Below are positions 9,963-20,500 of a stretch of 64,000 bases of DNA, one piece after another. The stretch's first letter is position 1, and the number at the start of each line of letters is the position of its first letter. The position numbers and the translations under genes were made by a program. The DNA is from a virus. Taxonomy: Duplodnaviria > Caudoviricetes. The stretch lies in IMG/VR virus record IMGVR_UViG_3300021093_000004. One strand, 5' to 3'. A model generated the notes under the pieces. That model was not told the origin of the DNA. It ran no database searches and saw nothing but the letters and a program-made list of their open reading frames with translations.

Positions 9963-10991
9963 ATGGCCAACGAAGAAGAAATTAATCTCGATCCGATTGC
10001 CCCATCGCCCAAGCCTTCTTCTGGGGACTCTACCACTCAGGAAGAAATCAACCAGATTTACACTGCTGTTGGTGATTTATCTGGTCTAGTTGGGCCGGGT
10101 GCCACCAATGAGGAATTGCTCACACGTATTCTTCAGGCCCCTGAAGAAAAGCTCATTCCGTGGGAAGAATGCCATCTGCCGAGTCGTGGTATTTATTATG
10201 GCTGGCCAGACGGTACGATCATGGTGAAAGCCATGGGTCAGACCGCCGAAAAGGTGTTGGCGACACAGCGGCTTGCTCAATCGGGACAATCGATTGATTA
10301 TTTGTTCAGAGAATGTTGCAAATTTCCAGACGGATTTGATGCAGCCGACCTGTTGCTTGGCGATCGTGTATTCTTGCTATACTATATTCGTGGTATCACG
10401 CACGGCAACATGTACGAATTTGCGATCACATGTCCGAACCCAGATTGCGGGGCCGTTTCTACTCACACTTATGATCTGAACGAACTGGCTCGCACGGTGG
10501 TGTGGGCCAATCCTGCACTTGGTACTGAACCATTCAAGGTGAAGTTACCCTATCTCAGCAAAGCCACGAATCGCGATTTCTACGTCGGGGTCCGCTTCCT
10601 GAGAGGTGCGGATGCCAATGACATTTTGGCGAAGCGGAAAGCTCGCAAGAAGATGTTCGCTCGCCCCGGTGGTGTTCGGACAAAGGGGACACGCGGTGGA
10701 ATGCCGGTTGATCCTCGACGCCAACAACAGCAAACACAACAGATCGATGACTCAGTGTCCGAAAACATGGGCAAGATCATCGTCAGTGTAATGGGAGTTA
10801 CGGATCACTTCCAGATTCGGCAATTCATTGAAAGGATGCATGCGCAGGATACCGCAGCCGTCCGTGAGTGGCTACGAGATAACACCCCAGGTATTGATAA
10901 TACCGTAACCGTTGAATGCCCAGAGTGTTCACAAGAATTCACGATGGAGCTTCCGATTACGGAATCCTTTTTTCGACCGTCAAAAGCCTGA
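9963..10991 (+). CDS. Baseplate hub assembly / tail assembly chaperone, T4 gp26-like
   Basis: LPSRG, DRVFLLYYIRGIT, CPNPDC and C-terminal CPEC...PITESFF pattern. Confidence 0.75.
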   Translation: MANEEEINLDPIAPSPKPSSGDSTTQEEINQIYTAVGDLSGLVGPGATNEELLTRILQAPEEKLIPWEECHLPSRGIYYGWPDGTIMVKAMGQTAEKVLATQRLAQSGQSIDYLFRECCKFPDGFDAADLLLGDRVFLLYYIRGITHGNMYEFAITCPNPDCGAVSTHTYDLNELARTVVWANPALGTEPFKVKLPYLSKATNRDFYVGVRFLRGADANDILAKRKARKKMFARPGGVRTKGTRGGMPVDPRRQQQQTQQIDDSVSENMGKIIVSVMGVTDHFQIRQFIERMHAQDTAAVREWLRDNTPGIDNTVTVECPECSQEFTMELPITESFFRPSKA

Positions 10992-11232
10992 GGAATACGA
11001 TAGAGCATACTATAACTTAATGGAACAACAGTTCCAATTGAAGCACCATGGAAACCTGAGTCTATTCGAACAGGCGGCTATGGTCGCTGAAGATCGTGGA
11101 TGGTGGATAAAGCGTCTTGAACGCGAATTTAAAGAGAAGGCTGAACGCGAACACAAGCAAGTTGGTTCTGCACCACGGCCTCGCATGCCTTCTAAACCTA
11201 CCGTTTCTCGCCCATCAATTCCGCGTCGGTAG
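10975..11232 (+). CDS. gp51-like small ORF, possibly reached by +1 frameshift from the gp26-like ORF
   Basis: NLMEQQFQLKHHGNLSL..EDR resembles the small T4-like hub chaperone; ATG 11020 has no nearby SD. Confidence 0.6.
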   Translation, partial: DRQKPEEYDRAYYNLMEQQFQLKHHGNLSLFEQAAMVAEDRGWWIKRLEREFKEKAEREHKQVGSAPRPRMPSKPTVSRPSIPRR

Positions 11233-11300
11233 CGTTTAAATATACATTATAGTCGATTGGGTGTACCAGTACAAAAATAGGTATAACGGAGAGACCATAT

Positions 11301-12167
11301 ATGAGTTCGACACAACTTGCGAATGCGTTTCCGCGAATATCAGCACGTCGCGGACAGGTTGTGGATTTAAATGTGGACTTCCTACATGCCGGAGTGCTTG
11401 CTGATCCGTTCGCGGTCCGGCATATTGAGATCTATAAGACGCAAGTCGTCCCGCACAATCTGGTCGCCACGATTCCGTTGATGTTGCCGACCGATCCGTT
11501 GTACCCTGCTCCGGTGATTCGAGAGTATGAGGATGCTGAAACTGGCGAGTGTTGCACAGAACCAACAGCAGACACAATTCCCATTGCTGGCAAATACCAC
11601 TTACCATATCTGATTCCTACAGACTTCGGTGTGCCGGATGTTTACTTTGACGTCTGGTATTACTTTGCGGATAATCCGTGCGGTGAGTTAGGAACGTCCG
11701 GAACCGAATGTGATATCGATGATCCTCAATATGACGAATTCTTGTTGAAATGCTGCCACCGATTCTGGATTTATCCAGACGAGTGGATGTGCGACGATAA
11801 ATTACAGACCATACGATTTGGTTTTGAGCCGCTGGATCAGAAATTCCATCAGCCCGAATATCGTCCGTTAGAAATCGGGTTAATGCCGCTTCCGCTATAT
11901 GACTATAATTTCAATTTAGTCAACCCGATGATTCCGTTCTTGCAACCGACGATCACGATTGAAACACAACACAACGAGTTACTAGTTGATAATGACGTTT
12001 GCCGCATTGGTGTGCGACAGGGATCATATCGTTCTAATCCTTGGGTAATTCAGTACGATCTCGATACTACCAGATTTTTGAAGGGAACGTATCGATACTA
12101 CATTACCTTGAGATTACCTAACGGTGGCACTCGTGTCAGCCGTAAGTTCATCTTTACGGTTGCTTAG
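11301..12167 (+). CDS. Hypothetical protein (288 aa), probably structural
   Basis: GGAGA RBS, CAAAAATA motif upstream, long ORF. Confidence 0.75.
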   Translation: MSSTQLANAFPRISARRGQVVDLNVDFLHAGVLADPFAVRHIEIYKTQVVPHNLVATIPLMLPTDPLYPAPVIREYEDAETGECCTEPTADTIPIAGKYHLPYLIPTDFGVPDVYFDVWYYFADNPCGELGTSGTECDIDDPQYDEFLLKCCHRFWIYPDEWMCDDKLQTIRFGFEPLDQKFHQPEYRPLEIGLMPLPLYDYNFNLVNPMIPFLQPTITIETQHNELLVDNDVCRIGVRQGSYRSNPWVIQYDLDTTRFLKGTYRYYITLRLPNGGTRVSRKFIFTVA

Positions 12168-12178
12168 GGAGTAGATCA

Positions 12179-12700
12179 ATGTCAGATTCAGCGAGATCTC
12201 AGTCGCTTCAGATGGTTATTGGCGGGATACAAGAAGGACGTGCTAACCTCAGGAAAATCAAAAAACTCACGGAACGTTTGGATACTGAATGCGAGATCGG
12301 CGAAGTAGGTTTAATTAATTTCTGGAATTTATCTCCGGATATGTTCGTTGTGGCATCAACGGACGGAAGATTCCTAGAGATCAATGATTCATGGACGAGT
12401 GTACTGGGGTGGACAAAGGATGAATTATTATCAACCTCGTGGTTTGATTTTATCCATCCAAACGACGTACGTCCGACACGAGAAGTTATCGGACATATGA
12501 CGACCAACACGTTACTCCGCTTTCACAACCGGTACAGAAAGAAGTCAGGCGGATATGTCTCTTTGGAATGGAGTGCGACTCAGTGGCGTGATGGGAAATG
12601 TTACGCTGTCGCACGGCCTGTTCCATCCTTATGCCTAACCTGTCCCGAAGCGGCATCACGGTTCGGCTTTGAGGTGGAACCACATGGCGAGCACAGATAA
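12179..12700 (+). CDS. Stand-alone PAS-domain protein
   Basis: FWNLSPDMFVVASTDGRFLEINDSW..VLGW..DELL...FIHPND..RYRKKSGGYVSLEW is a canonical PAS/PAC sequence. Confidence 0.9.
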   Translation: MSDSARSQSLQMVIGGIQEGRANLRKIKKLTERLDTECEIGEVGLINFWNLSPDMFVVASTDGRFLEINDSWTSVLGWTKDELLSTSWFDFIHPNDVRPTREVIGHMTTNTLLRFHNRYRKKSGGYVSLEWSATQWRDGKCYAVARPVPSLCLTCPEAASRFGFEVEPHGEHR

Positions 12701-13106
12701 ACCCGGTGATACGTGGGCAGAGTATCGTCGTCTGGTTCTCGCTGAATTAGAACGGCTTGATGTCGCTGTATGCAAACTCGCTGAAACCAATCTCGAACAT
12801 GAAAGAGAACTGGTTGAGACTCTATCCGCATGCAAGACCGAACTGATTGAGAGATTACAGACTCTCAAAGAAATGATCGAAGATCGGCATAGACGAATAG
12901 TCGAAGATGTCAAAGCTGAATTAGAGACGAAAGAAAAGCATGATATTGACGAATTGAAGACTCTGATCAAAGCAGTGGAGGATTCTTACCACAAAGCATC
13001 AGCCGAAATTAAGGTAATTAAGGCAAAAGCCGCACTCTTTGGCTTCTTGGCCGGACTTGCCATTGCGATAGCCTCACTTGTGGCGAAATTTGTGTGGGGC
13101 AAATAG
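12684..13106 (+). CDS. Coiled-coil protein with a C-terminal transmembrane helix
   Basis: Heptad-rich body; C-terminus AALFGFLAGLAIAIASLVAKF; GAGGTGG RBS. Confidence 0.75.
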   Translation: MASTDKPGDTWAEYRRLVLAELERLDVAVCKLAETNLEHERELVETLSACKTELIERLQTLKEMIEDRHRRIVEDVKAELETKEKHDIDELKTLIKAVEDSYHKASAEIKVIKAKAALFGFLAGLAIAIASLVAKFVWGK

Positions 13107-13121
13107 CTGTATTAAAGATGT

Positions 13122-14243
13122 ATGCGATATGACCTCAGTCAATTTCGTTCCAATGCTGTTGGTGGTGTGTCTATTCCACCCGCGAAGATTATTGCATGGA
13201 TTACGAAACACTTCCAGTTCAAGACCCGAAAGGGTGGAGCAGAATATTGTATAAATAATCCGTTCGATGACGATACTGGGTATAATTTCAATATTAATCC
13301 GGAAAAAGCACGATGCCATGATTGGCGTGGCGATGAGTGGGCTGGCCCTATAAATCCGGAAACCAATCGTCGCAATTGCTCATTTATAAAATTTGTTAGA
13401 TTATACAAGAAATGCCGATATGCAGAAGCTGTCTCGGACGTTCTCGGTACCGCCGTTGACATTCGCTTCTATCTCAGGCCCGAAAACCGGCTTACCGATC
13501 AGACGGCCAAGAAAAAGATCGCCGTAGCCCTTCCTGCTGGCGTTGAACAATTAGCTTCATCGACGGACCGTCAAGCGAAGCTTTTGATCCACTGGTTAGG
13601 TACAAGAGGGTATACCAAAGACGACATCACCAAGAATGATATACACCATCTTGGAATGGATGTTTATTGGCCATACTATGAGTTCGACACACTCGTGTAC
13701 TGGCAAAGCCGGTCTCGGCTTAATAAGCGGTTCAATTTTCCATCTTTGGATGTGTACAACGAATCCGGCAAAGTCGTCGGACAGGTCGATGGGACCAAAG
13801 GAGACTTTTTGTATGGGTTTGATGATGTCGAACCGGCTAGCTATGTTATTATAACTGAAGCGATTTTTGATAAGCATACGCTTGGGGACCAAACGATAGC
13901 ATCGGGTGGTGCAATTCTTACCCCGAAACAAATCGGGAAACTGAAGATTTTGGGGCCGCGTAATGGCATTATTCTGGCTCCAGACAATGATGTCGCTGGA
14001 CTGAAAAGTGTTATTTCAAATTATCAGTTGCTATCATCACACGGATTCAATACCTATTATAGCATTCCACCATCCTTAGAATACGAGCGTGATGGCGAGA
14101 AACGATATACGAAAGATTGGAATGAAATAGGACAATTTGTTACCAGCTTCGATAAGGTACGTAAACTGCATGACGATGGAATTCGGAAGATTACCGAAGA
14201 AGCCTTAGTCGAATTAGATGAACGGATCGCATGTTTAAAATAA
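13122..14243 (+). CDS. DNA primase (DnaG/gp61-like, TOPRIM domain)
   Basis: VIITEAIFD, ILAPDNDVAG TOPRIM motifs; degenerate N-terminal Zn-binding region (YCINNPF...CHDW). Confidence 0.82.
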   Translation: MRYDLSQFRSNAVGGVSIPPAKIIAWITKHFQFKTRKGGAEYCINNPFDDDTGYNFNINPEKARCHDWRGDEWAGPINPETNRRNCSFIKFVRLYKKCRYAEAVSDVLGTAVDIRFYLRPENRLTDQTAKKKIAVALPAGVEQLASSTDRQAKLLIHWLGTRGYTKDDITKNDIHHLGMDVYWPYYEFDTLVYWQSRSRLNKRFNFPSLDVYNESGKVVGQVDGTKGDFLYGFDDVEPASYVIITEAIFDKHTLGDQTIASGGAILTPKQIGKLKILGPRNGIILAPDNDVAGLKSVISNYQLLSSHGFNTYYSIPPSLEYERDGEKRYTKDWNEIGQFVTSFDKVRKLHDDGIRKITEEALVELDERIACLK

Positions 14244-14470
14244 TTTCTGTTACTGAACATGAAGATAATCAAACGCGATCGATAATATCTGTATGTGAAA
14301 TTCCTAACCTTGGGTGCATTGTTCGCACCCAGTCACAGGCTGAGGGAAGTATCAGCGAGGCACTGGTGTTTGTCCCAAATGTTAAGCTTGGGGACAAAAC
14401 ATTAATATCGGTTCCGCTGATACCGGACGGGCCGATAGAAGTGGAACCGAATGCCGCATACGGGGAATGA
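14231..14470 (+). CDS. Hypothetical protein (79 aa)
   Basis: Overlaps the primase stop, co-oriented. Confidence 0.55.
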   Translation: MFKIISVTEHEDNQTRSIISVCEIPNLGCIVRTQSQAEGSISEALVFVPNVKLGDKTLISVPLIPDGPIEVEPNAAYGE

Positions 14471-14664
14471 TGCGGCTGTTACGCAATCGATGGCTTTGAA
14501 TTTTTCTCGGAATGGTGGCATCGTGCGAGTTCCGAAGTGAAGAAAAGCTGTGCTGATTGTTGGTCCTTTGGTTTTGTTAGTCCAATCTGCGGATGACAGC
14601 GATAGTGATTTAATTGCTACCTGCCATACCTGATCTAATCACTGATTTCAATATCAGAGCCGAA

Positions 14665-15255
14665 TTAATCGCCCGACATTGAACGTCCGACAGCTTCCTC
14701 CACTTTTTCGGTGAGTTCGTATAACGGATCTGTCTTTCTGATGGTAGAAAGATTCTGTGGGGTACGAACTTCGTAGGCTTGCTCGAGAGCGAAAAGAACG
14801 GTGAACTTGGTTCGTCCACCATATTCTTTACGTGTTTCGATTTCAACGACCAATCCTGGATTGCAGGATGGGTCCATCAACCGGTCTTCGCTGATGGTAC
14901 TGAATCCGTGAAGACCGATTCCGTGGGCGTCTTGGTGCAGTTCGACCCACTTGAAGTTGTGGCACTTGTTCTGCGTACCCACAATAGCAGCCTCGATAGC
15001 CATTCTATCGAGTGTGGCTCGATCAATGGGTTTGTATCCGTCCCGCCGCTGCCCGGAGATTTTGGTTTCGACGAATCGAGCGGCTGAATAGTCGGCGGCA
15101 AATGGTTCAGTTTTCGCTTGACCCTTCGTTCCGATCCGGCCCCATCGTCGTGTGACGGTTTTGGTTGCTAAGTCGTATACAATCGTCCAAAATTTGTTGT
15201 GGCCGGTACCTTGATGGACGAACAATTGTTCGTCTTTGTACTTGTCTCCCCACAT
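14665..15255 (-). CDS. WGR-domain protein
   Basis: HNKFW.I...VTRRWGRIGTKGQ...K...GY is the WGR signature; GGAGG RBS before ATG 15255. Confidence 0.88.
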   Translation of the reverse strand: MWGDKYKDEQLFVHQGTGHNKFWTIVYDLATKTVTRRWGRIGTKGQAKTEPFAADYSAARFVETKISGQRRDGYKPIDRATLDRMAIEAAIVGTQNKCHNFKWVELHQDAHGIGLHGFSTISEDRLMDPSCNPGLVVEIETRKEYGGRTKFTVLFALEQAYEVRTPQNLSTIRKTDPLYELTEKVEEAVGRSMSGD

Positions 15256-15404
15256 AGTAAATCCTCCTGGTAACATAGGATGGTAACGTCGATGTTATGT
15301 GACGATGACTTCTATATTGGTTAAATACAGTGATATGACATACTTAATTATTTTCGGAATCCATATTATTTTAGCAAGCATCCGGATCTCGAATTGATCA
15401 AGAG

Positions 15405-15686
15405 TTATATCGAGTGACGTTCGACGACAGTCAGATTTGAATTGAAAATTTCTCGGTAGCCGTTTCGGTATGCTGTTGGACAATTATCCTTGATCCATAT
15501 AAGTTGTCTGTCGAGCGGCAAACTAGATAATCTATCCTTGTTGTCGATGATCTTTTGCTTTTCTGGGTCTCCTACGGTATCTGTTACGATTCCACAGATT
15601 TTACCTTCGCGTTGGCCCAAATATAGCAATAGTAAGTACCGTGGGGTCTTACCTTTTGCGTGATAGTTAATTCGGAGTATTTCCAT
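15405..15686 (-). CDS. Hypothetical protein (~93 aa)
   Basis: Protein-like ORF filling the gap; start uncertain. Confidence 0.55.
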   Translation of the reverse strand: MEILRINYHAKGKTPRYLLLLYLGQREGKICGIVTDTVGDPEKQKIIDNKDRLSSLPLDRQLIWIKDNCPTAYRNGYREIFNSNLTVVERHSI

Positions 15687-16983
15687 GGGTGGTATCCCAA
15701 AAGCTGAAGCCAAACCGCAAATCCGCATTAAATTTCACATGGCGGGTGGGGAGCTTGATCTTGGTAGTTACTTTTCATCGTTTGAATTCAAGGCCATGAT
15801 CAATGGTGGGTATATTATTAGGGCAGAATTGTTTGATGCACACTTCAACGTTCATGGTAAGTTGATAAAAGCTGGATACTTCAAAGAGACCAGACAAGAA
15901 CCGGTAGTAGTCGAATTCCAGATTAAATGGGGTCCAGAGGCAACAGCACCTGAACGTGCTACTAAAGTCCAATATGCTATAATGCTTTCTTTGAAAGCAA
16001 GGGGTGATAGTGGTGACACTGCGAATCTTGAGTTCATTGCAATGGACCCACCATCTTGGTTTCTGAATAGGGGAGATGCGGCAGGTACGGTATGGAAAGG
16101 CCGTGTTGATCAAGTTATCAGAGATGTTGTTAAGAAATATGCTCCTGCGGTGACTGTTGAAGTATCAAAAACCACTGATTCTGACCAAAATAAGTGGTGG
16201 ATGATGCGTCAAGATCCGAAGACGTTCTTGTCATCGTTCGTGGATTGGTCATCATCGATTACTCAAAAGAAGACGCAGTGGTTAGTTGCATCAGACGGAT
16301 ATAATCTGGCTATTAAAGAGCAAGCTCAATGGGTATCTCGTCAGAGAGCCTATTATCGATCACGATCCGATGAAGCTCGTTCGAATATTGATCAATGGGA
16401 TTACTTGTCAGATAATGCATTATCAGTTGTGCAGACTAAATTACTTGCTCAAGGAGCGGCTGCATTATCGGGACACTACCTGGATAGAATCACAGACAAG
16501 CAAGAGGAAACTGTGTTCGTCAAAGACCAACGAACATCGACAAAACAAATTGCAAGAGTTACAGACCAGCAATCGTTTACAAAACCTCCTGATGCGGGAC
16601 CACCATTGGTTGGATGGTCGTCTGTTGCCAGTATTCCGGAAATTTACACTGCTGGGGATCTTGGACTTCGATATGATGAATATATTGATGGTCGCCCGCG
16701 TGGGATGTGGTTAAATCTCACCCATGGATTATTACGGACCAAAATTGAAGTGCTTGGTCACGGTGAATGGTCTGATTGTTATGGATTAGGTGTTGACACG
16801 ATATTCATACGATGGACACAAGGCCCAGGCGGACTCGATAATGATCCTCACTGGTGGATGACGGGAAATTGGATAGTATACGGATTCCATCATCACGTCA
16901 CTCGAAAAGATTGGACCACCGATTTGTACTGTGCTCGATTTGACTGGAACGCCGATGCTACAAAGGTCGGAGGAGGAAATTAA
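15685..16983 (+). CDS. Baseplate hub protein (gp27/late control D-like)
   Basis: Size, position before the tape measure, GRVDQVIRDVVKKY and WIVYGFHHHV resemble the hub fold family. Confidence 0.55.
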   Translation: MGGIPKAEAKPQIRIKFHMAGGELDLGSYFSSFEFKAMINGGYIIRAELFDAHFNVHGKLIKAGYFKETRQEPVVVEFQIKWGPEATAPERATKVQYAIMLSLKARGDSGDTANLEFIAMDPPSWFLNRGDAAGTVWKGRVDQVIRDVVKKYAPAVTVEVSKTTDSDQNKWWMMRQDPKTFLSSFVDWSSSITQKKTQWLVASDGYNLAIKEQAQWVSRQRAYYRSRSDEARSNIDQWDYLSDNALSVVQTKLLAQGAAALSGHYLDRITDKQEETVFVKDQRTSTKQIARVTDQQSFTKPPDAGPPLVGWSSVASIPEIYTAGDLGLRYDEYIDGRPRGMWLNLTHGLLRTKIEVLGHGEWSDCYGLGVDTIFIRWTQGPGGLDNDPHWWMTGNWIVYGFHHHVTRKDWTTDLYCARFDWNADATKVGGGN

Positions 16984-17027
16984 CCAATATATTGTAAGTT
17001 GAGACAATGTGGTGGAGGAGTATAACG

Positions 17028-17405
17028 ATGGTATTCAGACCTTATTTTAGCCCTGAAATCAACGACAACATCACTTCAGCCGAAGTAGATCAATGGTTTC
17101 GTGCGATTTTGTCGTCGAATTCACCTCAGTTGAATTACCACATCACTGATTTCAATACACGATTGGAGTTGGTACCAGGTTTCAATGTATCGCATGACAG
17201 TGTGGTGATTCGAAAAGCTATTCTATACCAGCAACGCGAATTGCAAAGGATAGCGTTGGAAGCCTCACAGACTGTTAACCCTCTCCGAGAGATCTTAGGG
17301 ATAGCCGGATCTATCGCTTTGGGCGCATTCATTGGTGAAAAACTTGCCAGCGGCATGCGTGTTGGGGTTGATCTGGACGAAGTCCACCGATTGCTCGGCA
17401 AGTAA
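17028..17405 (+). CDS. Hypothetical protein
   Basis: GGAGGAG RBS before ATG 17028. Confidence 0.6.
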   Translation: MVFRPYFSPEINDNITSAEVDQWFRAILSSNSPQLNYHITDFNTRLELVPGFNVSHDSVVIRKAILYQQRELQRIALEASQTVNPLREILGIAGSIALGAFIGEKLASGMRVGVDLDEVHRLLGK

Positions 17406-17568
17406 GCGATCAAGGATGTCCTGAAACTCAATTGTGGCAATGACAGCCAGATAACATGTTATATTAAAGAACGAACGCTGAATTAATTACTTTCCTCAGA
17501 TATTGTAGATATGTTATTATGTGCTGAGCACAGGAAAACATATCCTATAAAACCTTCTGAGGATTTGA

Positions 17569-20500
17569 ATGCCAGCAGTTGACCCGAACGTATACGCACT
17601 GAGTATTCAGTTACAATTAGACTCTCAAGAGGCTTTCTCCACTCTTGATCGGTTTGGGGAGTCTATTACCGCTGTCGAAGAGCAGATGGCAAAGGCCGCT
17701 GATAAAGCTCTTCATAACATCAACAATATCGTTCAGCAGATCGAAACGTCTTTGACGCATGTGACCGATTTAATTGGTCAGATGGATATGAGTGCGGTCA
17801 AAGTAGCGTCTAGTCTAGATTCTATCAATCGATCGACAACGGATAGCCAAAAAACAACTGAAGAAGATCTTGATAATTTATTGAAACAACGGGATCTTTG
17901 GGAAGAAGTCGTAGACTTTTACGCTGAAGTCACAGAATCGCTTGAACAACATTTGAAGTTGCATACTCGTGATGTTAAATTGCTGGATGATATTCATCAA
18001 GCGATTCTTACCAAGAATATAGGCCACAATGATCAAAATAAGTTTATCGATGCTGGAAACAAAGGATTACAACACGGTAATAAGTTAGCTCGTGGTCAGC
18101 GAGATGCAGTCAAGGCAATAGCGGATATGTGGCATAGTGTGTCGGCTGCCCTTGCTGGTACTGTTGCATATTACGCGAAGGTTGATCAAGGCACTGAAGC
18201 GTTCGTCCAAACAAATTATCGAGCGTATGGGTCACAGCAATTATTATTGCAGTCAACCCGACAACTTTCCACTGAGCTTGGTGTTTCCGCTGAAACTGCA
18301 ATTGCGACCTATAAAGCCCTTGCGGATGTTCGTACACCGCGAGAGGAAATTGAGAAGTATGCACAAGTAGTGGCGATGGCTAATCGCACTACGGGTGCGA
18401 ATATCCAGACATTGGCGATTTATACGGCCAGAATGCGGGCACTTGGCTTGACTGCTGGACCATTGCAGCAGCATATCGCCAGATTGACGGAACAAATGAG
18501 AAAATTCGGCTTGACAGCCGATGATGTCAACCGACTGATGAATAATACTTCTAGTAGTGCCGCAGACTTAAGAGACCTATTTGGTGGCAATACAGAAGAA
18601 GTTAAGAAATTCGAAGCGACATTTGCCGCTTTATCCGGCATGGCTAAACAATATGGGTGGGAGGTATCACAAATTGCCCAATTCCAAAAAAATGCGACTA
18701 ACCCAGAGCAGTGGATATCATTAGGTAATCAGACTGATATGGCGATTCAGGGTGCGGAGGATTACCAAGCTGCATTGCTGAAAATTGGTAGTCAATTAAG
18801 CACTATGCAGGCTGAGATGGATGCTGCTGGTGGTGCTGCGACAAATCAAGGCATGCAAATAAAAAACGAAATGGTAGGCTTGTTAGATGCTATTGGTGCT
18901 AATGAAGATTCGGGAAAAGCTTTAATTGATATGTATAGACAAGCCAGCAAGGAAGCTGGTGGAGCGGCATCTTCGGCTGCCGACTTCCAGCGTGTCATGG
19001 ATACTATGTCCAATAGTATGGACAATCAATATGCAGAATCAATGGCTGCATTATATGCCGAATTTGAACGTCTAAAGAATACTTTTGGTGCTCTGTCAAG
19101 TAGTGTATTACAATTTGTTGCTGATGGATTGATGTATCTCATATCGGCATTAAATAAAATTCTATATCCCATAAGTGTAGTTATTACCAAAGTTTTACAA
19201 TTCATCAATTTACTTGAAAAAATCCCGATACTCGGACGATATATTACCTATTTAAAAATCATCGTAGCAGTATTGGTCGTCGCCGGTGCTGTCTTCTTGG
19301 CTGCTGCTGGTGGAATATCGATATTTGCACTTGCGGTGGGATCGGCTAGTGGAATAGTCACTGGTGCGATTAATATAGTGACATCGATGGCTCAAGCGAT
19401 GGTGTCTGTCGCTCGTGCAGTCGGTGAATCAATTGTTATTATACTACAAAGCCTCGGTCAAGGATTGGCCGCCCTTGGGAGATCTGTCCAGCCGGTTATG
19501 CTGCCATTATTGGCACTTGGATTAGCATTAATGATGGTTGGTGCTGCGGCGTGGATGTTCGCACAAGCTGTCAAGACAATCGCTGAAGTGGGTGAGGCAG
19601 CTATTAAGGTTACCTTGGGTATGCTTGTCGCCATTGGTCTTCTAGGGCTTATGTTAGTTGGCTTGGGATACCTTGCAGGTCCTGTTGCGGGCGGTGTTTT
19701 GGCAATTGCTGGTGCAATTCTGTTGGTCGGCCTTGCTGCTATGCTGATGGGCCTTGGGATTATGTGGGCTGCACAGGGCCTGCAAATCATGGCCCAAGTT
19801 ATCAGCGTCGGACTAGTGACGCAGTTGCCGACGCTGGCTCTTGGTCTGATAGCTCTCGGTTTGGCTGCATTGGTTGCCGCTCCTGGTTTGGTGCTTCTCG
19901 GCGTTGCGTTGTTGTTCGTTGGTCTTGGGCTAACGTTAATTGCATCAGCACTGGTATTACTTTCTACTGCTTTGGAGAATCTTTCAGGGGTTAAGCTTGT
20001 TCAAGTCGCTACGGGATTCTTACAAGCATCATTAATATTTATAGCCGCTGCTGGTATTGCGATCGTTGCTGGAGTATTATTGCTTGCAGCATCAATAATA
20101 CTTGTCCCAGCAGCGTTAGCACTATTGGTCGCGTCGTTAATTTTATCGCTCGCTGGTGTTATATTCTTTATAGCAGCGAGCATGATTGCTATTGGTGCTG
20201 CATTACTGGCGGTCGGTGTGTCATTGCTGTTACCGGTAGCTGCAATGGTATTCACTGCCGGGGTCATGATCGGCGTCGGTGGCTTGATGATGTTGGCTGG
20301 TATGATCGCAATGTTAGCGGCAGTTGCTCTGATGACCGGTCTATCTTTCATATTGCTGCTCGCGTCGATTGCGTTGGGCACCGCTATTGCATTGCTAGTT
20401 CCGATCGCTGGAATGGTGATGGGCGTCGGGGTACTGATGTATGTAGGCGGTTTAATGATGGTTATGGCTGGGACACTGATGGTGATGGCTGGTATGCTGT

